DNA of 64,000 bases from an uncultured Clostridia bacterium (lineage in GTDB: Bacteria; Bacillota; Clostridia; TANB77; CAG-508), in the NCBI GenBank assembly GCA_947631785.1, contig CANRMR010000003.1, forward strand, positions 4,346-68,345, given 5' to 3'. Shown here in pieces: positions 39,622 to 49,602 of this stretch; positions within the stretch are counted from its first letter, which is position 1, and the number at the start of each line of letters is the position of its first letter. A model generated the notes under the pieces. That model saw nothing but the letters and a program-made list of their open reading frames with translations, did no database searches and was not told the DNA's origin. The translations under genes were made by a program, and so were the position numbers.

Positions 39622-40809
39622 ATGTCTATTCGTGAACGTTTAAGTGGTAATGAAGCTGTAGCTACTGCAATGAAACAAATTAACCCAGATGTAGTTGCTG
39701 CATTTCCAATAACTCCATCAACAGAAATACCACAATATTTTTCTACTTTTGTAAGTAATGGAACAGTTGATACAGAATTTGTTGCAGTAGAAAGCGAACA
39801 TAGTGCTATGAGTGCATGCATTGGTGCAGAAGCAGCTGGCGCAAGAGCAATGACAGCAACTTCTGCAAATGGTTTATCTTTAATGTGGGAAATGATTTAT
39901 ATTGCTTCTAGTTTAAGACTACCTATTGTTCTATCTTTAGTAAACCGTGCTGTATCTGGACCTTTAAATATTCATAATGATCATTCAGATGCTATGGGTG
40001 TTCGTGATAGTGGATGGATTATGCTTTTTTCAGAAAACAATCAAGAAGCATATGATAATACACTTATGGCTCATAGAATTGCAGAACATAAAGATGTACT
40101 ATTACCTTTAATGGTATGTCAAGATGGTTTTATTACATCACATTCAATTGAAAATATTGAACTTGTAGAAGATGATAAAGTAAAAGAATTTGTTGGAACA
40201 TATAAACCTGAGCATTATTTATTAAATGCAAATGAGCCAATGGCTGTTGGTCCTTTAGATTTGCAAGCTTATTTGTTTGAACATAAATATCAACAAGCAG
40301 AAGCAATGAGAAAAGCCAAAGATGTTATACTTGAAGTTTCAAAAGATTTTGAAAAACTTACAGGAAGAAAATATGAATTATTTGAAAGTTACATGCTAGA
40401 TGATGCAGAAATTGCTATTGTATGTATGAATTCTACTGCTGGTACTACAAAAGCTGTAGTAAACGATCTAAGAAAAAAAGGTGTAAAAGCTGGACTTTTA
40501 AAAATTCGTGTTTATAGACCATTTCCAGGAGAAGAAATTGCAAAAGCATTATCTGGCTTAAAAGCTGTTGCAGTATTAGATAAAGCAGATTCACTAAATG
40601 CAATTGGTGGGGCTCTTTTTGGAGATGTTACATCTTGTATGTATACACAAAAACAAAATGTGCCAATAGTAAATTACATTTATGGTATAGGTGGAAGAGA
40701 TACAAAAACATCTGATATTGAATCTGTATTTACAGATTTAGAAACTATTGTAAAAACTGGAAATATAGATAATCCTTATCGTTATTTAGGATTAAGAAAG
40801 GAGAATTAA
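39622..40809 (+). CDS. 2-oxoacid:ferredoxin oxidoreductase, alpha subunit
   Basis: MSIRERLSGNEAVA...ITPSTEI. I prefer ATG 39622 (GAGGAAGGTG upstream) to the track's GTG at 39613. Confidence 0.9.
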   Translation: MSIRERLSGNEAVATAMKQINPDVVAAFPITPSTEIPQYFSTFVSNGTVDTEFVAVESEHSAMSACIGAEAAGARAMTATSANGLSLMWEMIYIASSLRLPIVLSLVNRAVSGPLNIHNDHSDAMGVRDSGWIMLFSENNQEAYDNTLMAHRIAEHKDVLLPLMVCQDGFITSHSIENIELVEDDKVKEFVGTYKPEHYLLNANEPMAVGPLDLQAYLFEHKYQQAEAMRKAKDVILEVSKDFEKLTGRKYELFESYMLDDAEIAIVCMNSTAGTTKAVVNDLRKKGVKAGLLKIRVYRPFPGEEIAKALSGLKAVAVLDKADSLNAIGGALFGDVTSCMYTQKQNVPIVNYIYGIGGRDTKTSDIESVFTDLETIVKTGNIDNPYRYLGLRKEN

Positions 40810-40810
40810 A

Positions 40811-41764
40811 ATGGCATATAATTTAAAACAAATTGTAGCAGAAAAACCTTCTCGTTTTACAGCAGGGCATAGAATGTGCGCTGGTTGCGGTGCACCAGTA
40901 GTTGGTAGAATGGTTCTTCGTGCTTTAAAACCAGAAGACCACGCAGTTATAGCATGTGCAACAGGATGTATGGAAGTATCAACTTTTATTTATCCTTATA
41001 CTTCATGGACCGATTCTTTTATACATACAGCTTTTGAGTGTGCTGGAGCAACAGAATCAGGAGTAGAAGCAGCTTATGTATCCTTAAAAAAACAAGGCAA
41101 ATTACCACAAGATAAAGACACAAAATTTATAGCTTTTGGCGGTGATGGTGGAACATATGACATAGGACTTCAAAGTTTATCAGGAGCAATGGAAAGAGGT
41201 CATGACATGGTATATGTATGTTATGATAATGGCGCATACATGAATACAGGTATTCAACGTTCTTCTGCAACTCCAAAATATGCAGATACTACTACATCAC
41301 CTGCAGGAACAAAAATTCCTGGTAAAATGCAATCTCGAAAAGATTTAGCAAAAATTATGGTAGGTCATCATATTCCTTATGTTGCACAAACAGCTGCCAT
41401 TTCTAATTTTAAAGACTTATATGAAAAATCTGAAAAAGCAATTTACACAAAAGGAGCAGCATTTTTAAATGTACTTGCACCATGTCCTAGAGGATGGGGA
41501 TATGCAACAGATGAATTAATGACAATTAACAAATTAGCTGTAGAAACATGTTACTGGCCTTTATATGAAGTAATAGATGGAAGATATGTTATAAACTATA
41601 AACCTAAAAATAAATTACCAATTGAGGAATTTTTAAAACCACAAAAAAGATTTAAACACATGTTTAAACCTGGTAATGAATGGATGATTGAAGACTTCCA
41701 AAAAGAAGTAGATGCAAGATGGGAAGAACTTTTATATTTAGAAGAAGCAACAAATAAGAATTAA
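40811..41764 (+). CDS. 2-oxoacid:ferredoxin oxidoreductase, beta (TPP-binding) subunit
   Basis: CAGCG near the N-terminus and the FGGDGGTYDIG TPP motif. Confidence 0.9.
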   Translation: MAYNLKQIVAEKPSRFTAGHRMCAGCGAPVVGRMVLRALKPEDHAVIACATGCMEVSTFIYPYTSWTDSFIHTAFECAGATESGVEAAYVSLKKQGKLPQDKDTKFIAFGGDGGTYDIGLQSLSGAMERGHDMVYVCYDNGAYMNTGIQRSSATPKYADTTTSPAGTKIPGKMQSRKDLAKIMVGHHIPYVAQTAAISNFKDLYEKSEKAIYTKGAAFLNVLAPCPRGWGYATDELMTINKLAVETCYWPLYEVIDGRYVINYKPKNKLPIEEFLKPQKRFKHMFKPGNEWMIEDFQKEVDARWEELLYLEEATNKN

Positions 41765-41766
41765 AC

Positions 41767-41806
41767 AAAATAGGTTCACATTTTTTGTGAACCTATTTTG
41801 TATTTT
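41767..41806 (+). terminator. Rho-independent terminator after the oxidoreductase operon
   Basis: 13-bp stem AAAATAGGTTCAC/GTGAACCTATTTT followed by GTATTTT. Confidence 0.75.
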
Positions 41807-41833
41807 ATATAATAATAAAGTCTTTTTTAATTC

Positions 41834-42340
41834 TTATTTTATAAAACTATTTATCCAATTTAAAATTTCTTCAAACCAATTTGTTTCTTTTTTTGCAACT
41901 ACTTCTTCTGTTGCTGGTTCTACATAATCTTCTCTTTGAAGGTTAATATATTTGGTCTTTGACGAATCCAGTTTTGCCATTCCTAAGTTTGTTTTTGCCG
42001 CTTCTTCTATATTTTTTAAATTAAGACTACTTTCTATATTTACCTCTAATTGTTCATTTTCCTTTTGTATAGTTGCAAGCTCTTGCTTTAAATCTTGTAC
42101 TTGTTTAAAGTTTTCATCTATTACAGAATTTCGGTAACTTATAGCAAATAAAATAGAAAATGCAACAAATAAACATCCAACTGTTTTTACATGTTCTTTT
42201 TTCTTTTGTTTTTCTTTTTTAGATTTTTTAGGATTTGTCTTTTTTGCTGTACTTTTTTTAGGATACTTTTTTTGAATTGGCTCATATTCTGGTTTTAATT
42301 TTCTTGGGCTTGTTTCATATTGGTATCTATTATATGCCAT
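41834..42340 (-). CDS. FtsL-like / septum-formation-initiator-like cell-division protein
   Basis: Basic N-terminus, one TM helix, then a coiled-coil (LKQELATIQKENEQLEVNIE). Lies immediately downstream of rsmH. Confidence 0.55.
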   Translation of the reverse strand: MAYNRYQYETSPRKLKPEYEPIQKKYPKKSTAKKTNPKKSKKEKQKKKEHVKTVGCLFVAFSILFAISYRNSVIDENFKQVQDLKQELATIQKENEQLEVNIESSLNLKNIEEAAKTNLGMAKLDSSKTKYINLQREDYVEPATEEVVAKKETNWFEEILNWINSFIK

Positions 42341-42372
42341 AAGTTCACCTCCTTCTTTGGTTTATTAATTTT

Positions 42373-43303
42373 TTATATTTTTTCAAATACTCTTAATTTT
42401 GCACTTTTTGACCTTGTATTTTCATTTTGTTCTTCTATAGATGCTATTATAGGCTTTTTTGTGATTATTTTTCCTTTAGCTATGTTTCCACATACGCAAT
42501 ATGGTAAATCTGGTGGACAAGTACATTTTCCACATTCATCTGCAAATGCAGTTTTAACAGCTCTATCTTCTAAAGAGTGAAAAGTAATAATACATAATCT
42601 TCCATTTTTATTTAAGACATCTATGCAATCTTTTACAGTATTATATAAAGGCTCAATTTCATTATTTACTTCAATACGAATTGCTTGGAAAGTTTTTTTA
42701 GCAGGATGTCCTTCTTTTTTTGCAAATTTTGGGATACTTTCTTCAATAATTTTTACAAGTTCTAATGTTGTTTCAATTTCTTTTATTTTGCGATATTTAC
42801 ATATATTTTTAGCTATTTGTTTAGAAAACCTTTCTTCTCCATATTCATAAAGAATACGTGATATTTCATCTTCTTTATATTCGTTAACAACTTTTTTAGC
42901 TGTTAATTCTTGTGTTTTATCCATCCTCATGTCTAATGTGCTATCACCCATATAACTAAAGCCTCTATTTCTCTCATCTAGTTGATATGAGGATACTCCA
43001 AGATCTAATAATATTCCATCTACTTTTTCAATAGCTAAAGATGAAAGGATTTGTTTAATATCATCATGGTTTCCATGAACATATGTAATATTTTTATATT
43101 TATTTAATTTTTCTTTACTAGCATTTAAGGCATCATCATCTTTGTCTATTCCAATTAGCTTTCCTTTTTCTGATAATCTTTTTATAATTTCTAAGCTGTG
43201 ACCTGCCCCACCGAATGGTACCATCTACATAAATACCATTTTCTTTTATTTTCAAATTCTCAATTACTTCTTTTAATAAGACAGGTTTATGTTCAAATTT
43301 CAA
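42373..43303 (-). pseudogene. rsmH: 16S rRNA m4C1402 methyltransferase RsmH (MraW), N-terminal frameshift
   Basis: ORF 42373..43224 starts mid-motif (..FGGAGHS). The missing N-terminus MKFEHKPVLLKEVIENLKIKENGIYVDGT is encoded from TTG 43303 in another frame. One extra base at about 43216..43218 separates the two frames. Confidence 0.8.
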
Positions 43304-43335
43304 AAAAACACCTCTTATTTTTATATAATACCATA

Positions 43336-43363
43336 ACAGTTGGTAGGTATTTCTACCAACTGT
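43336..43363 (-). promoter_or_regulatory. 11-bp hairpin just upstream of the rsmH RBS
   Basis: ACAGTTGGTAG/CTACCAACTGT with a 6-nt loop; there is no clear U-tract. Confidence 0.35.
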
Positions 43364-43416
43364 TTGTCTTTGGTATTTAAAATTTATATCTTTTGCATTT
43401 TAGCTTGATCTTATGT

Positions 43417-43541
43417 AATTTTTTAAATATATCATCTTTTGTTTTAATTTTTAGAATTTATCTTTTGCTTATAATTTAAATTAATCTTTCGTTATAATTT
43501 TAAGTTTTATCTTTGGTTTATAACTTAAATTTTATCTTTTG
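43417..43541. repeat. Five tandem ~25-bp repeats ending in ATCTTT(T/C/G)G
   Basis: Units 43417..43441, 43442..43467, 43468..43491, 43492..43516 and 43517..43541. The last three align as (T)TTATAA(T/C)TTAA(A/G)TT(T/A)TATCTTTNG. Confidence 0.8.
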
Positions 43542-43659
43542 TATATTTATTATTTCATTAGTTATTTTTTGTACCTTACCATTTTTTATCTTTTGCATCT
43601 TTTCTATCTTTTGCAAAATAAAATCTTTTGTATATTTATATAAACTTTTGAGATAAAAG

Positions 43660-44091
43660 TTATATACCAAGCATTGTCATATTTTCTGCAATTTCATCTG
43701 CAGATATATTTTCATCACTGCTATATTTTGTCCATTCATCTTTATTCCAAATTTCAATTCTAGTACCTACACCAATGATAACAACTTCTTTTTCTAATTT
43801 AGCATATGTTCTTAAATTATTTGGAATTAAAAATCTACCTTGTTTATCAATTTCGCATTCTATTGCACCAGATAAGAAGAATCTGACGAAATCTCTTGCG
43901 TTTTTATTTGTAAGTGGAAGTGATTTTAGTTTTTCTTCAAAATTGTTCCATTCTATTGTAGAATACGCAAATAAACACCCATCTAATCCTTTTGTTACAA
44001 TAAAGGTGTCTCCAATATCTTCTCTTAACTTTGCAGGCATTGTTACTCTGCCTTTTGTATCAAGGTTATGCTCGTATTCTCCAATAAACAC
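43660..44091 (-). CDS. mraZ: Transcriptional regulator MraZ
   Basis: A GTG start at 44091 gives [24 protein letters not shown], the canonical MraZ N-terminus (143 aa), with GAAGGTGA 8 nt upstream. The track's 17-aa extension overlaps the MraZ boxes. Confidence 0.9.
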   Translation of the reverse strand: MFIGEYEHNLDTKGRVTMPAKLREDIGDTFIVTKGLDGCLFAYSTIEWNNFEEKLKSLPLTNKNARDFVRFFLSGAIECEIDKQGRFLIPNNLRTYAKLEKEVVIIGVGTRIEIWNKDEWTKYSSDENISADEIAENMTMLGI

Positions 44092-44118
44092 TTTTTTTTC
44101 ACCTTCTTTACATCTGTG

Positions 44119-44145
44119 ACACTTTTTGCCACTTTCCTCCACTTC
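44119..44145 (-). promoter_or_regulatory. Three MraZ-box-like direct repeats at 10-bp spacing
   Basis: Minus strand GAAGTGG-agg-AAAGTGG-caa-AAAGTGT (44145..44139, 44135..44129, 44125..44119), 28-54 nt upstream of the mraZ start. Confidence 0.65.
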
Positions 44146-44151
44146 AATTAA

Positions 44152-44180
44152 ATTCTAATATAACTTTTAATATTTTGCAA
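44152..44180 (-). promoter_or_regulatory. Candidate Pmra promoter
   Basis: Minus strand TTGCAA (44180..44175), 17 nt, TAGAAT (44157..44152). The boxes begin right after the predicted start site. Confidence 0.55.
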
Positions 44181-44246
44181 TAGTTTTTTGAAAATTTTTT
44201 TAAATTTTTTGATTTTTTTATTGTATTTATTTTAACAATTCTTGGA

Positions 44247-44355
44247 GTTACTGGTTAATGGTTAAAAAAGTCCGCTCCATCTTGCTTAGATGTTGGACAT
44301 TTTCTTTTGTAATTTTTAGAAAAACAAATTTAGGGCACGGTGTCCCGTGCCCTTA
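44247..44355 (+). repeat. Single arm of the REPIN-like element, ending in a REP hairpin (stem CACGG/CCGTG)
   Basis: GTTACTGGTTAATGGTT... (compare 17354 GTTACAGGTTAATGGTT) ...TAGGGCACGG-TGTC-CCGTGCCC. The hairpin also sits where a terminator for the vWA gene would be. Confidence 0.6.
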
Positions 44356-44376
44356 TTATACAAATAGCTTTATTTT

Positions 44377-45855
44377 TTATTTTATATCATTATATTTTTT
44401 TGTTTTTATATAATAGAATACTCCACTTATTATTAAAATTGTAATTATCCCAATTATTACAATGTTCTCTCCAGTCTTTGGTAAAATTGTATTTGCTACA
44501 GTATTATCTGTTTGTTTTGATTGATTATTATTTATAACTTCATTTCCTATTTCATTTCTTATTTCATTTTTATTTTCATTTCTATTTTCATTTTCGTTTG
44601 AATTTACGTTTTCTTTTATTTCGGTTAACTGTATTTGTGGACTACTTGTTAATGTAGCTGTATAATCCTTTGAGGCTGTATCCTTATATGTTAATACAAC
44701 TTTATCATTTGTCGCTATTGTTTTATTCAATAAACTTAGATTTTTCATGTCTTTTATTTTCAATTTATATTTAAGAGTTGCCATTTCCTCTCCATCTAAT
44801 TTATCTATTTCCCATATTATATTATTTGTATTTTCATCAATTTGACTAGATACATTTCCTACATTTGGTTGTTCAACATAAGAAAATTCGAAATTATTTA
44901 TAATTTCTGATGGAAAATAATCTACTATTTTTATTGAATTAATTGGATTTTGTACTCTAGATACAACATCTTTATATATGTCTTCTGTTACAATTTTATT
45001 TATATTTTCATCCGATATATTATAATATTTATTTGCAGTTGAATTTGTTTGCGTACCAAATACTTCTTTTAGTAAGGCTGTTTCTTGTATTACTTGTTCT
45101 GCTGATAGATCTGAAGTTTCAGTACCAGTCATTAATGCAATTATATATATTCCTTTTTCTCTTATTTGTTCTATTTTTTCTCTTGTATTTATCGCAATTG
45201 TTTTACATTTTTCTGAACCAACATCTAAAGATCCATTTCCCTTAGTATCTCTTGTTGGAACTCCATCTGTTAGAACAACCATAATTTTATTTGTTACATT
45301 ATTAAATTTTTCACTTGCTAAAGTAATTCCTGCATCAATGTTAGTCCACCCTCTTGTGTTACTTTTTCTCCAATTCTCCAAAGCATTATTAAATTCATCT
45401 TTATTATTTGTTAAACTACATAATTCTTTTGCATTGTCATGAAATATAATAGCACTTATTTCTATATTATCTACATTTTCATATAATTTTTTTCCTAAAG
45501 CTTCTGCTGCTTCTACAATCATCGTTTTTCTGGCAATTCCTTGTTCATTTTTATAATCATACATACTACCAGAGCTATCTATTACCATTATAACTTCTGT
45601 TTTCTTTATTGCATTTTCTACAATTTCTTCTTTCTTCGTATTAGATAAACTTAATTGAATAGTTACTTCACCTGTTTCTGGATTTGAATCAATTATCTTT
45701 TTTGTTATATAACCTTGTTCGTTTTCTAACTTTATTGTCTCACTTTCCTGTTTTATTACATCTAACCTTGTTTTTAATTCTGCACCATTTACTGTTATAG
45801 TTCCAGCAATTAGTAAAATAAATACTAATATAATTCCTACTACTTTTTTTAACAT
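44377..45855 (-). CDS. Cell-wall-anchored vWA-domain protein (LPXTG)
   Basis: Signal peptide; MIDAS motif VIDSSGSM; C-terminal LPKTG followed by a hydrophobic helix and a KTKKY tail. Confidence 0.8.
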   Translation of the reverse strand: MLKKVVGIILVFILLIAGTITVNGAELKTRLDVIKQESETIKLENEQGYITKKIIDSNPETGEVTIQLSLSNTKKEEIVENAIKKTEVIMVIDSSGSMYDYKNEQGIARKTMIVEAAEALGKKLYENVDNIEISAIIFHDNAKELCSLTNNKDEFNNALENWRKSNTRGWTNIDAGITLASEKFNNVTNKIMVVLTDGVPTRDTKGNGSLDVGSEKCKTIAINTREKIEQIREKGIYIIALMTGTETSDLSAEQVIQETALLKEVFGTQTNSTANKYYNISDENINKIVTEDIYKDVVSRVQNPINSIKIVDYFPSEIINNFEFSYVEQPNVGNVSSQIDENTNNIIWEIDKLDGEEMATLKYKLKIKDMKNLSLLNKTIATNDKVVLTYKDTASKDYTATLTSSPQIQLTEIKENVNSNENENRNENKNEIRNEIGNEVINNNQSKQTDNTVANTILPKTGENIVIIGIITILIISGVFYYIKTKKYNDIK

Positions 45856-46007
45856 TTGTTTTAAACCTCCTAATTTTTTTTAATACAAAATAATAATATC
45901 ATTAAAAAAATAATGTGTCAATATTTTGTTGCCATTTTTTGGTCATATTTTTTTGATTACATTTTTTGTACAATAAATGTATAAAATATTTAATAAGAGG
46001 TGTTATT

Positions 46008-46181
46008 ATGTCTGAAACTGATAAATTCGTTATACAAAAAACTAAAAATACAAATAGACGTATTGTAATTAGAACAACTGAAGAATTAGCAGATGAAATC
46101 TTTCAGATTGCAAAAGAAAATGAAGTTAGTGTTAACACTCTATTAGTAAGTTGTATACGCTATGCACTTGACCATAGATAA
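46008..46181 (+). CDS. Small ribbon-helix-helix (Arc/CopG-like) DNA-binding protein
   Basis: 57 aa from ATG 46008 (AAGAGGTG 5 nt upstream). RIVIRTTEELADEIFQIAKENEVSVNTLLVSCIRYAL fits a strand-helix-helix pattern. Confidence 0.5.
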   Translation: MSETDKFVIQKTKNTNRRIVIRTTEELADEIFQIAKENEVSVNTLLVSCIRYALDHR

Positions 46182-46265
46182 AAAGCGAATATAATGTTTT
46201 TTATTAATATTAAATTTAAGCATAAAAAAACTGTCATTATATAATTTAATATGCGTTTATAAAGC

Positions 46266-46303
46266 TAAAAAAATTCCCCAAGCTTTTGCTTGGGAATTTT
46301 TTT
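46266..46303. terminator. Bidirectional terminator (end of the alpha operon)
   Basis: Stem TCCCAAGC/GCTTGGGA flanked by A8 and T7 runs, directly after the rplQ stop. Confidence 0.75.
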
Positions 46304-46307
46304 AATT

Positions 46308-46832
46308 TTATACTAATTCTAAAATAACAGATTCTGCTCCGTCTCCTCTTCTTTGTCCAAGTTTTATTATTCTTGTATATCCACCTACTCTGCCTTCGTA
46401 TTTTGGAGCAATTTCATTAAATAATTTTGATGGTAAATCTATGTTGTTTCCTTTTTCATCTTTTACTTTATTTAATTTTCTCATCATTTTTCTTCTTGCA
46501 TTTAATCTTGTTGGCATATCTTTTTGTCTTTTTTCTGTTACTTCTTCTTTTACTACTTTTAAGTATTCTTTACCATTTTTGCTTGTAACTTTTGTCATTT
46601 CTTTTCTACCATTAGCATCTAACTTTGCTCTTACTACTTTAACATCTACCATTTCGTAGTTGTCTTTTTCTTTTACTGCTAAAGCAATAATACTGTCAAC
46701 AATTGATTTTACTTCTTTTGCTCTAGCTAATGTTGTTTGAATTTTACCATGTAAAATAACATCTGTTGATTGACATTTAAGCATTGCTAATCTTTGGTCT
46801 GTTGGTTTTCCTAATTTTCTATTTTTAGCCAT
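46308..46832 (-). CDS. rplQ: 50S ribosomal protein L17 (with ~50-aa internal expansion)
   Basis: N-terminal [13 protein letters not shown] and C-terminal [24 protein letters not shown]. 174 aa against the ~115-125 I would normally expect. Confidence 0.9.
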   Translation of the reverse strand: MAKNRKLGKPTDQRLAMLKCQSTDVILHGKIQTTLARAKEVKSIVDSIIALAVKEKDNYEMVDVKVVRAKLDANGRKEMTKVTSKNGKEYLKVVKEEVTEKRQKDMPTRLNARRKMMRKLNKVKDEKGNNIDLPSKLFNEIAPKYEGRVGGYTRIIKLGQRRGDGAESVILELV

Positions 46833-46839
46833 TTTAGAT

Positions 46840-47787
46840 TTAATCCTCCTCTTCTTTAAAGTCTAATCCCAAATTATGAAGTTTATTTGTTACTTCGTCT
46901 AAAGATTTCTTTCCTAGATTTCTTACTTTCATCATTTCTGACTCTGTTTTATTTGCTAAATCTTCTACTGTAGAAATATTAGCTCTTTTTAAACAGTTAA
47001 ATGATCTTACAGATAATTCTAAGTCTTCAATTGACATTTCTAGTACTTTTTCTTTCTTAGATTCTTCTTTTTCTATCATAACTTGTGTATTTTTTGTTGC
47101 TTCTGATAGGTCAATAAATAACTCTAAATGACCTGTCATTACTTTTGCTGCTAAGCTTAATGCTTCATATGCTTTTAAGCTTCCATCTGTCCATACTTCT
47201 ATAATTAATTTATCATAGTCTACCATTTGCCCAACTCTAGTATTTTCAACTGAATAGTTAACTTTTTTTACTGGTGTATAAATAGAATCTATTGGAAGTA
47301 CAGATATGTCTTGGTTTGGTTTTTTATTCTTTACTGCTGTGTTATATCCTCTTCCTTTATCTACTGTCATTTCCATATGAAGACTTCCACCTTCTGCAAC
47401 TGTTGCAATATGTAAGTCAGGATTTAGTATCTCTACATCACTATCTGTTATTATATCTCCTGCTGTTACTTCTCCCTCTTTATCAACATCGATTCTTATT
47501 ATTTTTTCTTCATTATCAAAGGTTTTTAGTCTTACACCCTTTAAATTAACAATTATTTCTGGAACATCTTCTACAACATTTGGTATTGTAGAAAATTCAT
47601 GTAATACACCATCAATTTTAATACTAGTAATCGCACTTCCTGGAAGTGAAGACAAAAGAATTCTTCTTAAAGAATTTCCAATTGTTACTCCATATCCACG
47701 CTCTAATGGTTCACATACAAATTTAGCATAATTGTTTTCGTCATCTACTTCTAGGCATTCAATATTTGGCTTTTCAAATTCTATCAT
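46840..47787 (-). CDS. rpoA: DNA-directed RNA polymerase subunit alpha
   Basis: 315 aa; [14 protein letters not shown]; [17 protein letters not shown]. Confidence 0.97.
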   Translation of the reverse strand: MIEFEKPNIECLEVDDENNYAKFVCEPLERGYGVTIGNSLRRILLSSLPGSAITSIKIDGVLHEFSTIPNVVEDVPEIIVNLKGVRLKTFDNEEKIIRIDVDKEGEVTAGDIITDSDVEILNPDLHIATVAEGGSLHMEMTVDKGRGYNTAVKNKKPNQDISVLPIDSIYTPVKKVNYSVENTRVGQMVDYDKLIIEVWTDGSLKAYEALSLAAKVMTGHLELFIDLSEATKNTQVMIEKEESKKEKVLEMSIEDLELSVRSFNCLKRANISTVEDLANKTESEMMKVRNLGKKSLDEVTNKLHNLGLDFKEEED

Positions 47788-47906
47788 TTTTACCTCCTAT
47801 ATTAGATTAGAAGTTAGGTATTAGAAGTTTTATGTATTACTTCTAATTTTTACTTCTTTCTACATTTTAAGAAATTTATTAATTTTCTAATTATAAACAT
47901 TAATTT

Positions 47907-48533
47907 CTATTTAGAGTAAAGCTCTACTATTAAATGCTCTTCTACTGGTAAATCAACATCTTGTCTAGATGCTAATCTAAGTACTTTACCACTTAAATTT
48001 TCTATATCTTTTTCAAGCCACTCTGGTACTGGTCTTGAAGCTAATGCTTCAACATTTTCTTTCATGATGCTTGAATCTTTTTTAATTTCTCTTACTTTAA
48101 TAACATCTCCTGGTTTTACTAAGTAAGAAGCAATATCTACTTTCTTTCCATTTACATCGAAATGTCCATGGTTTACAAGTTGTCTTGCTTGTGCTCTTGA
48201 GCTTCCATATCCTAAACGATATACTACATTATCTAATCTACTTTCTAATATTTGAAGTAAGTTTTCACCAGTAATACCTTTTTTATTAGAAGCCATTTCA
48301 AAATATCTTCTAAATTGTTTTTCTCCTACTCCATAGAATGATTTTGTTTTTTGTTTTTCTCTTAATTGAGTTCCATATTCAGATAGTTTTGCCTTTTTTT
48401 GTCCATGTTCACCTGGTGCATAGTTTCTTCTAGAAACACTACATTTATCGGTGTAACATCTTTGACCTTTTAAGAACAATTTTTGTCCTTCTCTACGGCA
48501 AATACGACATTGTTCATCTTTATATCTTGACAT
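47907..48533 (-). CDS. rpsD: 30S ribosomal protein S4
   Basis: [26 protein letters not shown] zinc-ribbon N-terminus followed by an S4 domain. Confidence 0.97.
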   Translation of the reverse strand: MSRYKDEQCRICRREGQKLFLKGQRCYTDKCSVSRRNYAPGEHGQKKAKLSEYGTQLREKQKTKSFYGVGEKQFRRYFEMASNKKGITGENLLQILESRLDNVVYRLGYGSSRAQARQLVNHGHFDVNGKKVDIASYLVKPGDVIKVREIKKDSSIMKENVEALASRPVPEWLEKDIENLSGKVLRLASRQDVDLPVEEHLIVELYSK

Positions 48534-48563
48534 TTTTATTTTTCACCTCTTTAATTTTTTCTT

Positions 48564-48959
48564 TTATACTCTTCTTCTTTTAGGTGGTCTACAACCATTA
48601 TGTGGTATTGGTGTTACATCTTTAATTGCACTAATTTCTAGACCTGCTGTTTGAAGCGAACGAATTGCTGCTTCACGACCAGAACCTGGTCCTTTTACAA
48701 ATACTTCAACTGTTTTTAATCCATGTTCCATTCCTGCTTTTGCAGCTGTTTCTGCTGCTTGACCTGCAGCAAATGGTGTACTTTTTCTTGAACCTTTAAA
48801 TCCAAGTTCACCAGCACTAGCCCAAGAAATTACATTTCCTTGAACATCTGTGATGGTAACAATTGTATTATTAAAACTAGAATGAATGTGTGCTGCTCCT
48901 TTTTCAATGTTTTTTCTATTTCTTCTAGGTGTTCTTTTTGCTACTGTATTTTTAGCCAT
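48564..48959 (-). CDS. rpsK: 30S ribosomal protein S11
   Basis: [13 protein letters not shown] ... [13 protein letters not shown]. Confidence 0.97.
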   Translation of the reverse strand: MAKNTVAKRTPRRNRKNIEKGAAHIHSSFNNTIVTITDVQGNVISWASAGELGFKGSRKSTPFAAGQAAETAAKAGMEHGLKTVEVFVKGPGSGREAAIRSLQTAGLEISAIKDVTPIPHNGCRPPKRRRV

Positions 48960-48996
48960 TCTTATCTTAAACCTCCTTACAGATTTTTAATTTTTT

Positions 48997-49362
48997 TTAT
49001 TTCTTTTTGCTAACTAATTTTCTAGGACCTTTTCTTGTACGCGCATTTGTTTTTGTTCTTTGTCCACGAACAGGTAAACCTCTTCTATGTCTTAAACCTC
49101 TATAGCATCCTATTTCTCTTAATCTTTTTATGTTAAGAGCAACTTCACGTCTTAGGTCTCCTTCTACTTTGTATTTAGCATCAATTACTTGTCTAATATC
49201 ATTTACTTGTTCATCTGTTAAATCTTTTACTCTAGTATCTGGGTTAATTCCTGTTTCTTGTAAGATTTTTCTAGAACTAGTTACACCTATACCATAAATA
49301 TAAGTTAGTCCTATTTCTACTCTTTTTTCTCTAGGTAAATCTACTCCTGCAATACGAGCCAT
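48997..49362 (-). CDS. rpsM: 30S ribosomal protein S13
   Basis: [14 protein letters not shown] from ATG 49362. The track's TTG start at 49380 lies within the SD TTGGAGGTG. Confidence 0.95.
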   Translation of the reverse strand: MARIAGVDLPREKRVEIGLTYIYGIGVTSSRKILQETGINPDTRVKDLTDEQVNDIRQVIDAKYKVEGDLRREVALNIKRLREIGCYRGLRHRRGLPVRGQRTKTNARTRKGPRKLVSKKK

Positions 49363-49602
49363 AAATTTTAGCACCTCCAAAATTAATTTTGTTTTGCTGA
49401 TATGGTTTTATTTCCTATATCATGAAAAATATTCCAATCAAATAAAAGTTGAAATGTATCTAGTAGGATTGTCCTTTATATACTAGATAGCCCTTTGTTT
49501 TTTTTGGAAATTAAAATAAATATATATAAACACAAATTGGATATGAAGTATTTTAAAAAAAACTTCACAGCCGCTTCCAAATTGCGCTTAATATCATAAG
49601 GA

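Noticed and set aside
43388-43630. Possible CRISPR array in the mraZ-rsmH spacer.
   Set aside because: The repeats are only ~25 bp, AT-rich and contiguous, with no unique spacers between them. There are no cas genes in the window. They are better described as a tandem or iteron-like repeat.
44092-44142. ORF-track N-terminal extension of MraZ ([18 protein letters not shown]), which could look like a zinc-binding addition.
   Set aside because: The canonical MraZ N-terminus starts at GTG 44091, which has its own SD. The extension is made of the AAAGTG(G/T) operator repeats.
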